A stretch of 64,000 nt of DNA from Rhodothermales bacterium (GCA_040904565.1 JBBDTI010000067.1:26342-90341); one strand, 5' to 3'. Shown: positions 47,037 to 56,847, numbered from the stretch's first letter. Made by a program: numbers and translations. The notes: generated by a model not told the origin, from the sequence alone.

Positions 47037-48515
47037 ATGCGCGTCGACCTGGTCATACTGGGCTCCGGATTCGGAGGCAGCGTGTGCGCGCTCATAGCCG
47101 ACCGGATCGGCCTGAAGACGGTACTCATCGACCGCGCTACGCACCCCAGATTCGCGATCGGCGAATCGTCGACCCCGATCGCCGACATGATCCTGCGCGA
47201 CCTCGCCCGGCGGTACGACCTGCCGAGGCTCGCGCCGCTGTCGACCTGGGGGAGCTGGCAGCGAACCTATCCGGATGTGCTCGGCGGCATCAAACGGGGC
47301 TTCAGCTATTTTCGCCACGAGCCGGGCGAGCGGTTCCGACCGACGCCGGGCCACGATACGGAACTGCTCGTTGCGGCCAGCGCGAGTGACGATCAGTCGG
47401 ACGCGCAGTGGTATCGCGCGGACGTAGATGCGTTCTTTGCTGAGGAAGTGCGGCGCGCCGGGATCGCGTTCATGGAGGGCGTCACGGTCGAACCCGTTCG
47501 CCGATCGAATGCATGGCACTTCCAGGGCGTCGATGTAGAGGCCGACTTCGTCATCGACGCTACCGGGGCGGGAGGAGCACTCTCGGATGTCGTCGGGGCC
47601 GGAAGCGGAGCGCCGATGCAAACCCGAACGCGGGCCGTCTTCTCGCATTTTACGGGAGTTCGGCGCTGGCTCGATGCGCTCGCAGACCTCGGTGCGCGCG
47701 TTGGCGACTACCCGTTCGATCCGGATCACGCCGCGCTTCACCATGTGTTCGACAATGGGTGGATGTGGATGCTGCGGTTCGAGAATGAGGTCGTCAGTGC
47801 CGGACTCGTGCTGGATGAGTCCAAGCGTCAAAAGTCGCATTTCGCAGATACGGTTCCCAGGGCCGTGTGGGACGAACACCTCGCCCGTCATCCATCGATC
47901 CGCGATCTGTTCGCCGGGGCACGGCAGGCGTCGTCACCCGGTCGCCTCATCGCGACGCGGAGGTTGCAGCGGCGCGTCGCGCAGGCGGCTGGACCGACCT
48001 GGGCGATGCTGCCGCATACGGCCGGGTTCGTGGACCCGCTCCACAGCTCGGGCATCGCACACACGCTCAGTGGCGTGGAGCGATTGATGGCCGCCCTGGA
48101 GAGCCATTGGGGACGCCCCACGCTGCGTGAGGCCATGGATCGATACCAGGGATCTGTCCTCCAGGAGATCGAGTGGATCGATCAGCTCGTCTCCCTGTGT
48201 TACGGCTCCCTGGATTCGTTCGAACGGTGGACGGCTAGCACGATGCCCTACTTTGCCGCGGCGACGACGTACGAGCGCGAGCGCGTCGACGGTCGGCATC
48301 TCGACCGCCTGTTTCTCCTGGCCGACGAGGATCGGTTGCTCGACGTCGTGCGGGGTGCGCATCTTCGGCTGGAGCAAAAGGTGGCCGACTACGCGTCCTG
48401 GCTGGCGGACATGCTGGAACCGTACAACCGCGTCGGCCTCTTCCGTCCGCGTATCCCGAACATGTACGAACACACGGCGGCATATAAGGCGTCTCCGGGT
48501 CGAGCCGGCGCATAG
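47037..48515 (+). CDS. Flavin-dependent halogenase, PrnC-like
   Basis: GSGFGG, HPRFAIGESS, GIKRGF (catalytic Lys position), YRADVDAF, DATG, GWMWMLRF (WxWxIP-like), GFVDPLHSSG. Confidence 0.85.
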   Translation: MRVDLVILGSGFGGSVCALIADRIGLKTVLIDRATHPRFAIGESSTPIADMILRDLARRYDLPRLAPLSTWGSWQRTYPDVLGGIKRGFSYFRHEPGERFRPTPGHDTELLVAASASDDQSDAQWYRADVDAFFAEEVRRAGIAFMEGVTVEPVRRSNAWHFQGVDVEADFVIDATGAGGALSDVVGAGSGAPMQTRTRAVFSHFTGVRRWLDALADLGARVGDYPFDPDHAALHHVFDNGWMWMLRFENEVVSAGLVLDESKRQKSHFADTVPRAVWDEHLARHPSIRDLFAGARQASSPGRLIATRRLQRRVAQAAGPTWAMLPHTAGFVDPLHSSGIAHTLSGVERLMAALESHWGRPTLREAMDRYQGSVLQEIEWIDQLVSLCYGSLDSFERWTASTMPYFAAATTYERERVDGRHLDRLFLLADEDRLLDVVRGAHLRLEQKVADYASWLADMLEPYNRVGLFRPRIPNMYEHTAAYKASPGRAGA

Positions 48516-48613
48516 GCCGAGCTACTTCTGGAGAACGCTTCCACCTACGGAGAGAAACGCGGCGCAGCGGGTCGATGGTATCGCACGCAGTGGCATCTGT
48601 ACGACCGTTGGTA

Positions 48614-49708
48614 TCAGAGCCAGCCCCGTCGACGAAAAAACACGAACATCGTGAGTGCGACGCCGGACATGAGAGTGAGCGCGAATGGATAGCCGAAATA
48701 CCACTCCAGTTCGGGCATATTCAGGGGGGAGGCGGCGGGGTCGAAGTTCATTCCGTAAACGGACGCGATGAACGACAGCGGGAGGAAGAACGTCGCAATG
48801 ACGGCCAGCATTTTCATGATGTCGTTCATGCGGAAGGAGAGAGCCGACAGATGGATGTCGCCCAGAGAACTCAGGATCTCGCGTGCCGCCTCCGTCATCT
48901 CCGCCGCTCGGATGGCGTGATCGTAGACGTCGCGGAAGTAATGGTCCGTTTCGGCCGCAATGAATGGCAGTTCGCTGCGTTCGAGGGCGGATGCCACGTC
49001 GCGCAGTGGCCAGATCGATCGACGAAGCGTCATGATCCGACGCCGCATCGCGTTGATCTGCTGCATCATCTCCGGATGCGGTTCCGATGCCACCACGTCT
49101 TCCAGCGCTTCGATGTGCTCGCCGAGCCCTTCCAGCACCGCCATATACTGGTCGACGATGACGTCGATCAGGGCGTAGGCAAGGTAGTCCGCTCCCGATC
49201 GTCGGATGCGGCCGCGATGTTCGCGCAGCCAGGCGCGAACCGGTTCGAACGCATCGCCTTCCATCGTCTCCTGAAACGAGATGACGAACCCTTTTCCGAA
49301 GATCAGGCTCACCTGTTCGGGATGCAGTTCCGCCGATTCGTGATCGTAGTGCAACATCTGAAGAACGACGAAGACATATCCTTCGTATTCCTCCATCTTG
49401 GGTCGTTGGTGCGTATGGAGGATATCCTCCAGGGTGAGGTCGTGTACGCCGAAGCTCGTGCCGATCTCGCGGAGGATCTCCACGTCGTGAATGCCGTCAA
49501 CGTCAATCCACGAAACGGTATCCGCGTCGCGGTATGCACCGACCGCGGCGCCGGTTTCGAGTTCGGTCTCCTCGAGATGCTGGTCGTCGTAATCGTAGAC
49601 GCGAATGCGAACGGCTTCGGACGAAGCCGGACCCGTGTAATGAAGCGTTCCGGGTGGCAGACTGCGGGCAGTCGGATTCGTCTGACGAATGCGTTTGAAG
49701 TTGAGCAC
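48614..49708 (-). CDS. corA: Magnesium/cobalt transporter CorA
   Basis: PPGTL.Y.G, LEDI...QRPK, EQVS, YFRDVYDH, MNDIMK.L, YGMNF, MPEL; AGGAGG before GTG at 49708. Confidence 0.96.
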   Translation of the reverse strand: MLNFKRIRQTNPTARSLPPGTLHYTGPASSEAVRIRVYDYDDQHLEETELETGAAVGAYRDADTVSWIDVDGIHDVEILREIGTSFGVHDLTLEDILHTHQRPKMEEYEGYVFVVLQMLHYDHESAELHPEQVSLIFGKGFVISFQETMEGDAFEPVRAWLREHRGRIRRSGADYLAYALIDVIVDQYMAVLEGLGEHIEALEDVVASEPHPEMMQQINAMRRRIMTLRRSIWPLRDVASALERSELPFIAAETDHYFRDVYDHAIRAAEMTEAAREILSSLGDIHLSALSFRMNDIMKMLAVIATFFLPLSFIASVYGMNFDPAASPLNMPELEWYFGYPFALTLMSGVALTMFVFFRRRGWL

Positions 49709-49832
49709 GTCTGATGGCCTCCTGTATCGTGGTCGATGACGTCGGTCTGCGGTGAAAGGTTGGATCCCGCGCTTTCCATGGAACACGCGCGCAGGGGGGC
49801 TCAGTTTCGCAACGTCTTCCATTCCGCAGCGC

Positions 49833-49899
49833 CGAACCACCCCGCGGGGCAACACGATACCGGAGCGCCGAACCATCCCGCTGCAGCGAACCACCCCGC
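49833..49899. repeat. Three copies of CGAACCAYCCCGC on an 18-bp register
   Basis: Copies at 49833-49845, 49869-49881 and 49887-49899. Confidence 0.75.
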
Positions 49900-49992
49900 T
49901 GTGGCGATGTATCTACTTATCGGGCGGACGGTCGTGGAGATATGCGGCCGCATTTCGCGCTACAGCGCATCATCTTTTCTCCTACCACGCAT

Positions 49993-51021
49993 ATGGATCC
50001 ACTCACGCAAGGCCTGCTGGGTGCGGCAGCGTCTCAAGCGCTACTCGGTGAGCGACTCGGGCGGACGGCCTGGATGATCGGCGCTTTCGGAGGCATGCTC
50101 CCCGACGCCGACGTGTTCATTCGGAGCGCGGAAGATCCACTGCTGGAAGTGGAAGTCCATCGCGGGTTTACGCATGCCCTCTCGTTCATCCCTATTGGTG
50201 GCGTGATGGCCGGCGCACCGTGGCTCATTCGAGCTAGATATCGAGAACAGTGGAGGGCCGTGCTTGGAGCGGGCCTCGTCGGATATGGGACGCACGGACT
50301 GCTTGACGCGTGCACCACCTACGGCACACAGCTCCTCTGGCCGTTCTCATCCCTGCGCACGGCATGGAACTGCATTTCTATCGTGGATCCGATCTTTACG
50401 CTTATTTTGCTGGTCGGCGTCATATGGGCGGCCCGCGCCCGCCGCGGCCTGCCGGCGAGTATGGCAATAGGCCTGTGTATGCTGTATCTCGGCCTGGGGA
50501 TCGTTCAGCGAGAGCGGGCATACGCCGCCCAGGAGCACATCGCACACGTGCGTGGGCACGAGCCGTCACGCCGTGCCGTGTTTCCAACGATCGGAAATCT
50601 GGTCGTCTGGCGGTCGCTGTATGAAGATAGGGGACATCTGTATGCCGATCGCATCCGCGTGGCACCGGTACATTCGCCGACGTGGGCTCCAGGATCGTCC
50701 GTTGAGGCATTGACGGCAGCTGAGTTTGCGACGGAAAGGCACGTGTCGGACCGCGTCCTCCATGATTTCGAACGATTCAGCTGGTTCTCGAACGGATGGA
50801 CGGCGCGATCGCCCGTCGACTCGACGTTCATCGGGGACGCCCGGTATTCCCTCAAGATGGAACGCTTCGATCCCATTTGGGGCGTTCGCTTCGATCCCGG
50901 GGGAAGCCCGCCTACCGAATGGGTGAATCGGACCGATGCGCGTGAGATGCGTCTGGATGCACTCTGGAGCGAAATCACCGGATTGGGTGCCGGCTACAGG
51001 CCGATGACGGCGCCGCGCTAG
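49993..51021 (+). CDS. Membrane-bound metal-dependent hydrolase (YdjM family)
   Basis: MDPLTQ, LPDAD, HRGFTH, THGLLD..TTYGT.L.WPF, IVDP. Confidence 0.9.
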   Translation: MDPLTQGLLGAAASQALLGERLGRTAWMIGAFGGMLPDADVFIRSAEDPLLEVEVHRGFTHALSFIPIGGVMAGAPWLIRARYREQWRAVLGAGLVGYGTHGLLDACTTYGTQLLWPFSSLRTAWNCISIVDPIFTLILLVGVIWAARARRGLPASMAIGLCMLYLGLGIVQRERAYAAQEHIAHVRGHEPSRRAVFPTIGNLVVWRSLYEDRGHLYADRIRVAPVHSPTWAPGSSVEALTAAEFATERHVSDRVLHDFERFSWFSNGWTARSPVDSTFIGDARYSLKMERFDPIWGVRFDPGGSPPTEWVNRTDAREMRLDALWSEITGLGAGYRPMTAPR

Positions 51022-51071
51022 CAGGTGATCGAAGCCCTGGAGGGGCTCGTGAGAGGGCGTCGGGGACGCCG

Positions 51072-52169
51072 TTAGACGGCCGTCGTACGGAGGTCTGACG
51101 TCGTATGAAAGGGCAGCGAGATCTCGGCGATGCACCCGGACGGGTCGTTCGAACGGAGGACGAAGGCGTAATCGTCGCCGTAGATGCCTTCCAGCCGTTC
51201 TCGCGTATTGCGGAGGCCGAGACCCTCGTATTCGTCCATATCGTCATCAGCGCACCCCGGCCCGTTGTCGGCGACCTGCAGGACGAGCCGGGGCCCGACC
51301 CGTCGTGCACGGACTTCGATCAGACCTCCTTCGCTTCGCGTGCTGACGCCATGCTCGATGGCATTCTCGACCAGCGGCTGAAGGATTAGATTAGGTATCA
51401 GCGCTTCCCGCGTCTCGGGAGCAATTTCGTACGACACTTGGAGCGAGTCCGGGAATCGAATAGTCTGGATTTCCAGGTAGCCCTCGATGAAGTGCAGCTC
51501 CTGATCGAGCGGTACTTCTCTGACGTCGTTCATTTCGAGAGAGTACCGCAGCAGTTCGCTCAACCGGGCGATCATGCGGCGAACGGCACGCGGATCGCGC
51601 TCGAGATGCGTCGATATCGAATGGAGCGTGTTGAAGAGAAAATGTGGATTGATCTGCATCCGCAGCGCGCGGAGGCGTGCTTCGGCAAGCTGCGCACGGA
51701 GCCAGCCGGCCTCTTCGCGCCGCTCCCGGTACTTGAAGAAATATTCCCGGGCCACACCGGCTCCAACGATGGCAACGTACATGATCAGCTCATCCATGAA
51801 GCGGAAATTCAGGAGGGCGCGGGTCCACGAAAACGACCACGATCTCCCCGTCGCCACCAGACTGTGAAACGTGGCGTGTCCGAGCGAATTCATAAAGACG
51901 GCGGCGCAGACGGCCACGAGTACGTGCAGCGCGATGTGGGCGGCAACGGGACCTCCTTCGAAGCCGAAGCGGCGTACGAGCCAGAATATGGCGGGTGTCA
52001 TCACTGCCCATATGCCGTAGATGAGCGCGGCATGCAGAGCTTCTCCCGGCAGCAGGCGCCCCATCTCCCCGTAACGGGGATCAAAGGCTCTATACGCTAT
52101 CGCGAACAGTGCGATAGTGGTCCAGAATGCGACGATCGCGCCGCGTTCAATCCAACGATATTTATGCAT
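51072..52169 (-). CDS. LytS/YehU-type sensor histidine kinase
   Basis: Four TM segments; QINPHFLFNTL, LQPLVENAIEHG, DNGPG, GLGLRN..ERL. Confidence 0.93.
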   Translation of the reverse strand: MHKYRWIERGAIVAFWTTIALFAIAYRAFDPRYGEMGRLLPGEALHAALIYGIWAVMTPAIFWLVRRFGFEGGPVAAHIALHVLVAVCAAVFMNSLGHATFHSLVATGRSWSFSWTRALLNFRFMDELIMYVAIVGAGVAREYFFKYRERREEAGWLRAQLAEARLRALRMQINPHFLFNTLHSISTHLERDPRAVRRMIARLSELLRYSLEMNDVREVPLDQELHFIEGYLEIQTIRFPDSLQVSYEIAPETREALIPNLILQPLVENAIEHGVSTRSEGGLIEVRARRVGPRLVLQVADNGPGCADDDMDEYEGLGLRNTRERLEGIYGDDYAFVLRSNDPSGCIAEISLPFHTTSDLRTTAV

Positions 52170-52621
52170 GTCGATGCGACGAAGGAGTTCCTCCGGCGCA
52201 GTCTATTCGGAACGTCGGGTGGGTCGTAGGGTCGGTCCGGCAGGCAGGTGCCGGGCAACATGTATTGACTACGACGCGCGATAGAAAAGAATTCCACCCA
52301 TTCTATGGGTCGCACGTCACTGTACATGAGTGGCACAAAATCAAGGCAGATGGGTGGTTCTATCACTCTTCCCAGGGCTCGTCACACTTGCGCGGCGCGA
52401 CGAGCGGCATAGACGAGCATTCAGCCGCAATCTTGTCCTCGAGATGGGTCAGGCCGATCCTCAGTCGCGTTCGCTCCCCGAAATTCGAAACGTGTTCGGA
52501 TCGTTTCAATTTCCGTCTCTTGGAGATTGTCTATCGGGTCACGTACCGCTACCTTGTGTGGGAATTAGTTGCGGTTTCCCCAGCCGCGTTCCTCACGATA
52601 AGAATAGCCGGACTCTGTGCG

Positions 52622-53104
52622 ATGACATGTTACCGACCCTTCACCGAAAAAGTCGCTAGTACGGCGGCCATTCTCGCGTGTGTTGCGCTATTGGCGGCAT
52701 GCGGTACCGGACAGGATGCTGAGGACACACAGGCTCCTCAGGAGACAACGTCCTCCGCGGATCCCATCGAACGAGGGGAACAGAGTTTCATGGCCTACTG
52801 CGCCAGCTGCCACGGAAGCGACGGAACGGGCACCGGGCCGGTGGCGGAAGTCATGACGACGGTTCCGGCTGATCTGACACAGCTTCGCGCCCGGTACGGT
52901 GGTACGTTTCCGGCCGACAGCGTGTATGCCTATATAGATGGCAGACAGGATGTCCAGGCGCATGGGACCAGAGAAATGCCGGTCTGGGGCAATGTTTGGA
53001 GCGAGGCGGACGGCGAGCCGGTCGATCGGGAAGAAGTTGACCTTCGAATCAGGGAACTCGTGGAGTACATTCGTACGCTTCAGGAAGACCCCGACGCGTC
53101 GTAG
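52622..53104 (+). CDS. Monoheme c-type cytochrome lipoprotein
   Basis: Lipobox LAAC; CASCHG.DG.G.GP, PADLT, IDGR...HG.REMPVWG. Confidence 0.9.
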   Translation: MTCYRPFTEKVASTAAILACVALLAACGTGQDAEDTQAPQETTSSADPIERGEQSFMAYCASCHGSDGTGTGPVAEVMTTVPADLTQLRARYGGTFPADSVYAYIDGRQDVQAHGTREMPVWGNVWSEADGEPVDREEVDLRIRELVEYIRTLQEDPDAS

Positions 53105-53143
53105 CGGCGTCATCGCACGCAATCCGCCCTACCCAACCGGCGC

Positions 53144-54865
53144 ATGAACCGGCGAGATTTTGTTGCACATCTCGGATACGCGGCGGGGAGTGCCGTTGCC
53201 TGGCAGGCTCCCGGCCCGGTTCAATCCCTCCTGTCGGACGGCGGCAGCGGCGGATCCGTCTTCGAACGCCGCGCCGACGTCGTCGTCATCGGTGCAGGCG
53301 TCGGAGGGGTGGCGGCTGCACTTGCGGCCGTCCGAACGGGGTCCCGCGTGATTCTGACCGAGGAAACGAATTGGATTGGTGGGCAACTGACCCAGCAGGC
53401 CGTTCCCCCGGATGAACATCCGTGGATCGAACAGTTCGGCGCATCGGCTTCCTACATGGCGTTTCGCCGAAGGGTGCGCGCGTACTACGAGCAGGCCTAC
53501 CCGCTATCGAGCGCGTCCTCGGCTCCGCTCAATCCCGGGAATTGCGGGGTGTCCCGGATCTGCCACGAGCCCCGTGCGGCGCTGGCCGTACTGGAATCGA
53601 TGCTTGCTCCCTACGTCAGCAGCGGTCGGTTGCTCGTCCTGCTCGAACACGTGCCGATCCAGGCTTCCGTTTCTGGGGACTTCGTAGAATCGGTACGCGT
53701 TCTCAATCGGCGTAGCGGCGAGGAAGTGGAGGTTGTCGCCCCAACCTTCATCGACGCGACAGAGCTCGGCGACCTGCTGCCCCTCACGGGCACCGAGTAC
53801 GTTACGGGTACCGAGTCCGTCGCCCAGACCGGGGAGCCGCACGCCGCCGACGAGCCGCAACCGCACAACATGCAGGCGGCGACCTGGTGCTTCGCGATGG
53901 ATTTCGTCCAGGGCGAGGATCATACGATTGAGGAACCGGACGAATACCGTTTCTGGCGGGAGTACGTGCCGAATCTTACCCCACCGTGGCCCGGACGCCT
54001 GCTGAACTTTACGTACTCGAATCCGATGACGCTCGAGCCGCGGACGCTTCCGTTCGACCCCCGAACGGATGCCGACCAGCCGGGATGGTGGAGCTATCGG
54101 CGTCTGATCGACCCGTCGAATTTCGTTCCGGGGACGTTCGACGGAGGTATCACGCTCGTCAACTGGCCGCAAAACGACTATTTGCTCGGTAACTTTTTGG
54201 AGGTGGATGACGCCGAGCGCGAGCGACATCTCGATCGGGCCAGACAGCTGAGCCTTTCGCTCTTCTACTGGCTCCAGACGGAGGCCCCAAGGCCGGATGG
54301 GGGTGCGGGGTGGCCCGGACTTCGGCTGCGCGGTGATCTAACGGGCACGACGCACGGACTCGCCAAGCGACCCTACATTCGGGAAGCGCGCCGGATTCGG
54401 GCGGAGTTTACGGTCCTCGAACAACATGTCGGACTGGAGGCACGCATGGAGGAAACCGGTCTCGATGAAGGAGAAGTGACCGCTGCCTCTTTTCATGATT
54501 CGGTAGGCGTCGGGAGCTACCGCATCGATCTGCACCCTTCTACCGGCGGCGACAACTATATCGACATCGGGTCTCTCCCGTTCGAAATACCGCTCGGCGC
54601 GCTGATTCCCCAACGCATGGAAAACGTGCTGCCGGCATGTAAGAACATTGGAACGACCCACATCACAAATGGCTGTTACCGCCTCCATCCGGTGGAATGG
54701 AATATTGGGGAGGCGGCGGGCGCGCTCGCCGCGTTCTGCGATGTACGAGGCGTCGTCCCACGGCAGGTTCGGGGCGATGACGACACTCTCGCTGATTTCC
54801 AGCGCTCGCTCCAGCGTCAAGGTGTGGAGATTCGCTGGCCCGATCCGGCCCGCATGGCCCGATAG
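53144..54865 (+). CDS. Tat-exported FAD-dependent oxidoreductase
   Basis: NRRDF twin-arginine signal; GAGVGG, WIGGQLT.Q.VP, DATELGD, PYIREARR, YRLHPVEW. Confidence 0.9.
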   Translation: MNRRDFVAHLGYAAGSAVAWQAPGPVQSLLSDGGSGGSVFERRADVVVIGAGVGGVAAALAAVRTGSRVILTEETNWIGGQLTQQAVPPDEHPWIEQFGASASYMAFRRRVRAYYEQAYPLSSASSAPLNPGNCGVSRICHEPRAALAVLESMLAPYVSSGRLLVLLEHVPIQASVSGDFVESVRVLNRRSGEEVEVVAPTFIDATELGDLLPLTGTEYVTGTESVAQTGEPHAADEPQPHNMQAATWCFAMDFVQGEDHTIEEPDEYRFWREYVPNLTPPWPGRLLNFTYSNPMTLEPRTLPFDPRTDADQPGWWSYRRLIDPSNFVPGTFDGGITLVNWPQNDYLLGNFLEVDDAERERHLDRARQLSLSLFYWLQTEAPRPDGGAGWPGLRLRGDLTGTTHGLAKRPYIREARRIRAEFTVLEQHVGLEARMEETGLDEGEVTAASFHDSVGVGSYRIDLHPSTGGDNYIDIGSLPFEIPLGALIPQRMENVLPACKNIGTTHITNGCYRLHPVEWNIGEAAGALAAFCDVRGVVPRQVRGDDDTLADFQRSLQRQGVEIRWPDPARMAR

Positions 54866-54925
54866 TCGGACGATAGCGCTGACGAGCAACTTCCGTTTAT
54901 TTCCCGTAGCTACGCCATATAGACG

Positions 54926-55273
54926 ATGCCCATTCTAAAGGAATTTCAGGAATTCGCGGTCAAGGGCAACGCGCTCGATATGGCCGTGGGCATTATCATC
55001 GGCGTCGCGTTCAACGGCGTCGTCAGTTCGCTCGTGAACGATATCATCATGCCGCCTGTCGGCCTGCTGCTCGGAGGCGTCGAGTTCTCGGACCTGCAGA
55101 TCGTACTGAAGGAAGGGATGTTGTCGCCCGAGGGGGTCATGATTGGTGAGGTCGCCATCCGGTACGGCGCCTTCGTCAACGCGATCATCGAGTTTCTTAT
55201 CATCGGATTTTCGGCGTTCATCGCCGTCAAGGCGATGAATCGCATCATTCGCCGGCGCGAAAAAACTGAATAG
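54926..55273 (+). CDS. mscL: Large-conductance mechanosensitive channel (short C-terminus)
   Basis: EFQEFAVKGNALDMAVGIIIG.AF..V.SLV.DIIMP, YGAF. Confidence 0.95.
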   Translation: MPILKEFQEFAVKGNALDMAVGIIIGVAFNGVVSSLVNDIIMPPVGLLLGGVEFSDLQIVLKEGMLSPEGVMIGEVAIRYGAFVNAIIEFLIIGFSAFIAVKAMNRIIRRREKTE

Positions 55274-55346
55274 ACCGGTTTGGCAGGCGAACGGGACGGT
55301 GTCCGTATCGCGGCGGACGTCCGACGGAAGGACGAGCCGAATCGTT

Positions 55347-56765
55347 CTACTGTCGCGCGGACGCGTCGAATGACGCCATCGCGGAGCGAAGGCGATCGAC
55401 CACGTCCGGATGCAGGTCGGCACGGTTGTACATCTCCTCCGGATCTTCGTCCAGGTGGAAGAGCTGCGGCGGACCGTCTCCGCCGGCCATGCGAAGCTTC
55501 CAGTGCCCGTCGCGCACGGCCTCTATCCGGTCTCCGGCGTAATAAAAGAACTGCGTACGCGGTGACGATGCCGTCTCGCCGAGGAAGAACGGCAGCACGT
55601 CGTGCCCGTCCAGTTCCAATCCACCCGGCACGGCCGCGCCGGCGGCGTGGAGGAGCGTGGGAAATAGATCCAGCGCCGTTACGAGCTCGGCGGACGCGCG
55701 GCCGGCGGGGATGTGGCCCGGCCAGCGCGCGATGAACGGCACGCGAAAGCCGCCTTCAAAGGTCGTCGTCTTATAGCCCCGCAGGTGCCCGGCCGAGCCG
55801 TTGTCCCACGGATTCACGGGCTCGTGATGCGGCATCATCTCCGTTGAGAACATCCGGTCCGGCATCTCCTGCCACGGACCGTTGTCGCTCATGAAGAGCA
55901 CCAGTGTATTGTCGTCGAGTCCTTCCTCCTCGAGCGTCTTCAGGATCTCACCGACGCTCCAGTCGATCGTCTCGATCACGTCCCCGTATTTGCCGGCGCG
56001 GGACATCCCGGCGCGATGCGGTGCCGGGTAGACCGGTACGTGGGGCATCCCGTAGGCCAGGTATAGAAAGAACGGCTCCGACTGCGCGTCGCGGATGAAT
56101 CGAACGGCTTCCTTCGTATAGGTGACCGTCAACGTATCCTGGTTCAGCTCCTGCTCGATAGGCTCGAGGTTGCGGTGGATATAGAGCGGCACGTCCGTCT
56201 GCACCCACGGCCGAATCATGTCGTTGCTGTAGAGCAGGCCGTAATAATCGTCGAATCCACGCGAGGAAGGCATCATCTCGTCCCGTGCGTGGCCGAGGTG
56301 CCACTTGCCGATCATCGCGGTCCGGTAGCCGGCCTCCTGAAGCGGCTCGCCCACGAGCGTCTCATTCAGCGGCAGGCTGTTGGTCGACTCCGGCCCGAGG
56401 TTGTTCGGCAGATGGCGAATGGGATAGCGTCCCGTCAGGAGCCCGGCGCGCGAAGGCGTGCAGACGGAGGCGGCCACGTAGAAGGATGTCAGTCGGAGCC
56501 CTTCGTCGGCCATGCGGTCGAGTTGAGGCGTCTGGATGGTCGGATGGCCGTAGCTCGACAGGTCACCGTATCCCATGTCGTCCGTGAAAAGGACGATGAT
56601 GTTGGGACGGTCGTCCGCTGTCTGCGCTAAGGCCGGAGCCGCCGGCAACACGGCGGCGAGGAGGGCGGCGCCCAGCGCGACCAGGAAAGCGACCGGGTTG
56701 ACACGGGTATCGGGGAGAAATATTACCCGCGTGGAGGCAGGACCTGAAGAGCGAGGAGCAAGCAT
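55347..56765 (-). CDS. Sulfatase (S1, arylsulfatase A-like)
   Basis: DDMGYGD, CTPSRAGLLTGR, GKWHLG, YSNDM, SDNGPW, EGGFRVP; start is uncertain. Confidence 0.92.
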   Translation of the reverse strand: MLAPRSSGPASTRVIFLPDTRVNPVAFLVALGAALLAAVLPAAPALAQTADDRPNIIVLFTDDMGYGDLSSYGHPTIQTPQLDRMADEGLRLTSFYVAASVCTPSRAGLLTGRYPIRHLPNNLGPESTNSLPLNETLVGEPLQEAGYRTAMIGKWHLGHARDEMMPSSRGFDDYYGLLYSNDMIRPWVQTDVPLYIHRNLEPIEQELNQDTLTVTYTKEAVRFIRDAQSEPFFLYLAYGMPHVPVYPAPHRAGMSRAGKYGDVIETIDWSVGEILKTLEEEGLDDNTLVLFMSDNGPWQEMPDRMFSTEMMPHHEPVNPWDNGSAGHLRGYKTTTFEGGFRVPFIARWPGHIPAGRASAELVTALDLFPTLLHAAGAAVPGGLELDGHDVLPFFLGETASSPRTQFFYYAGDRIEAVRDGHWKLRMAGGDGPPQLFHLDEDPEEMYNRADLHPDVVDRLRSAMASFDASARQ

Positions 56766-56847
56766 AGACGCTGAGAACGTAGTATGGGAAATATGAGGAT
56801 GCGTGGAGCGGATCCACTCTTGTGCTACTATCCAATCTACTCGTCGG

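Noticed and set aside
49709-49894. Long N-terminal extension of CorA (MVRCSGMVRRSG...)
   Set aside because: A strong AGGAGG precedes GTG at 49708 where homology begins. The extension is translation of an intergenic repeat.
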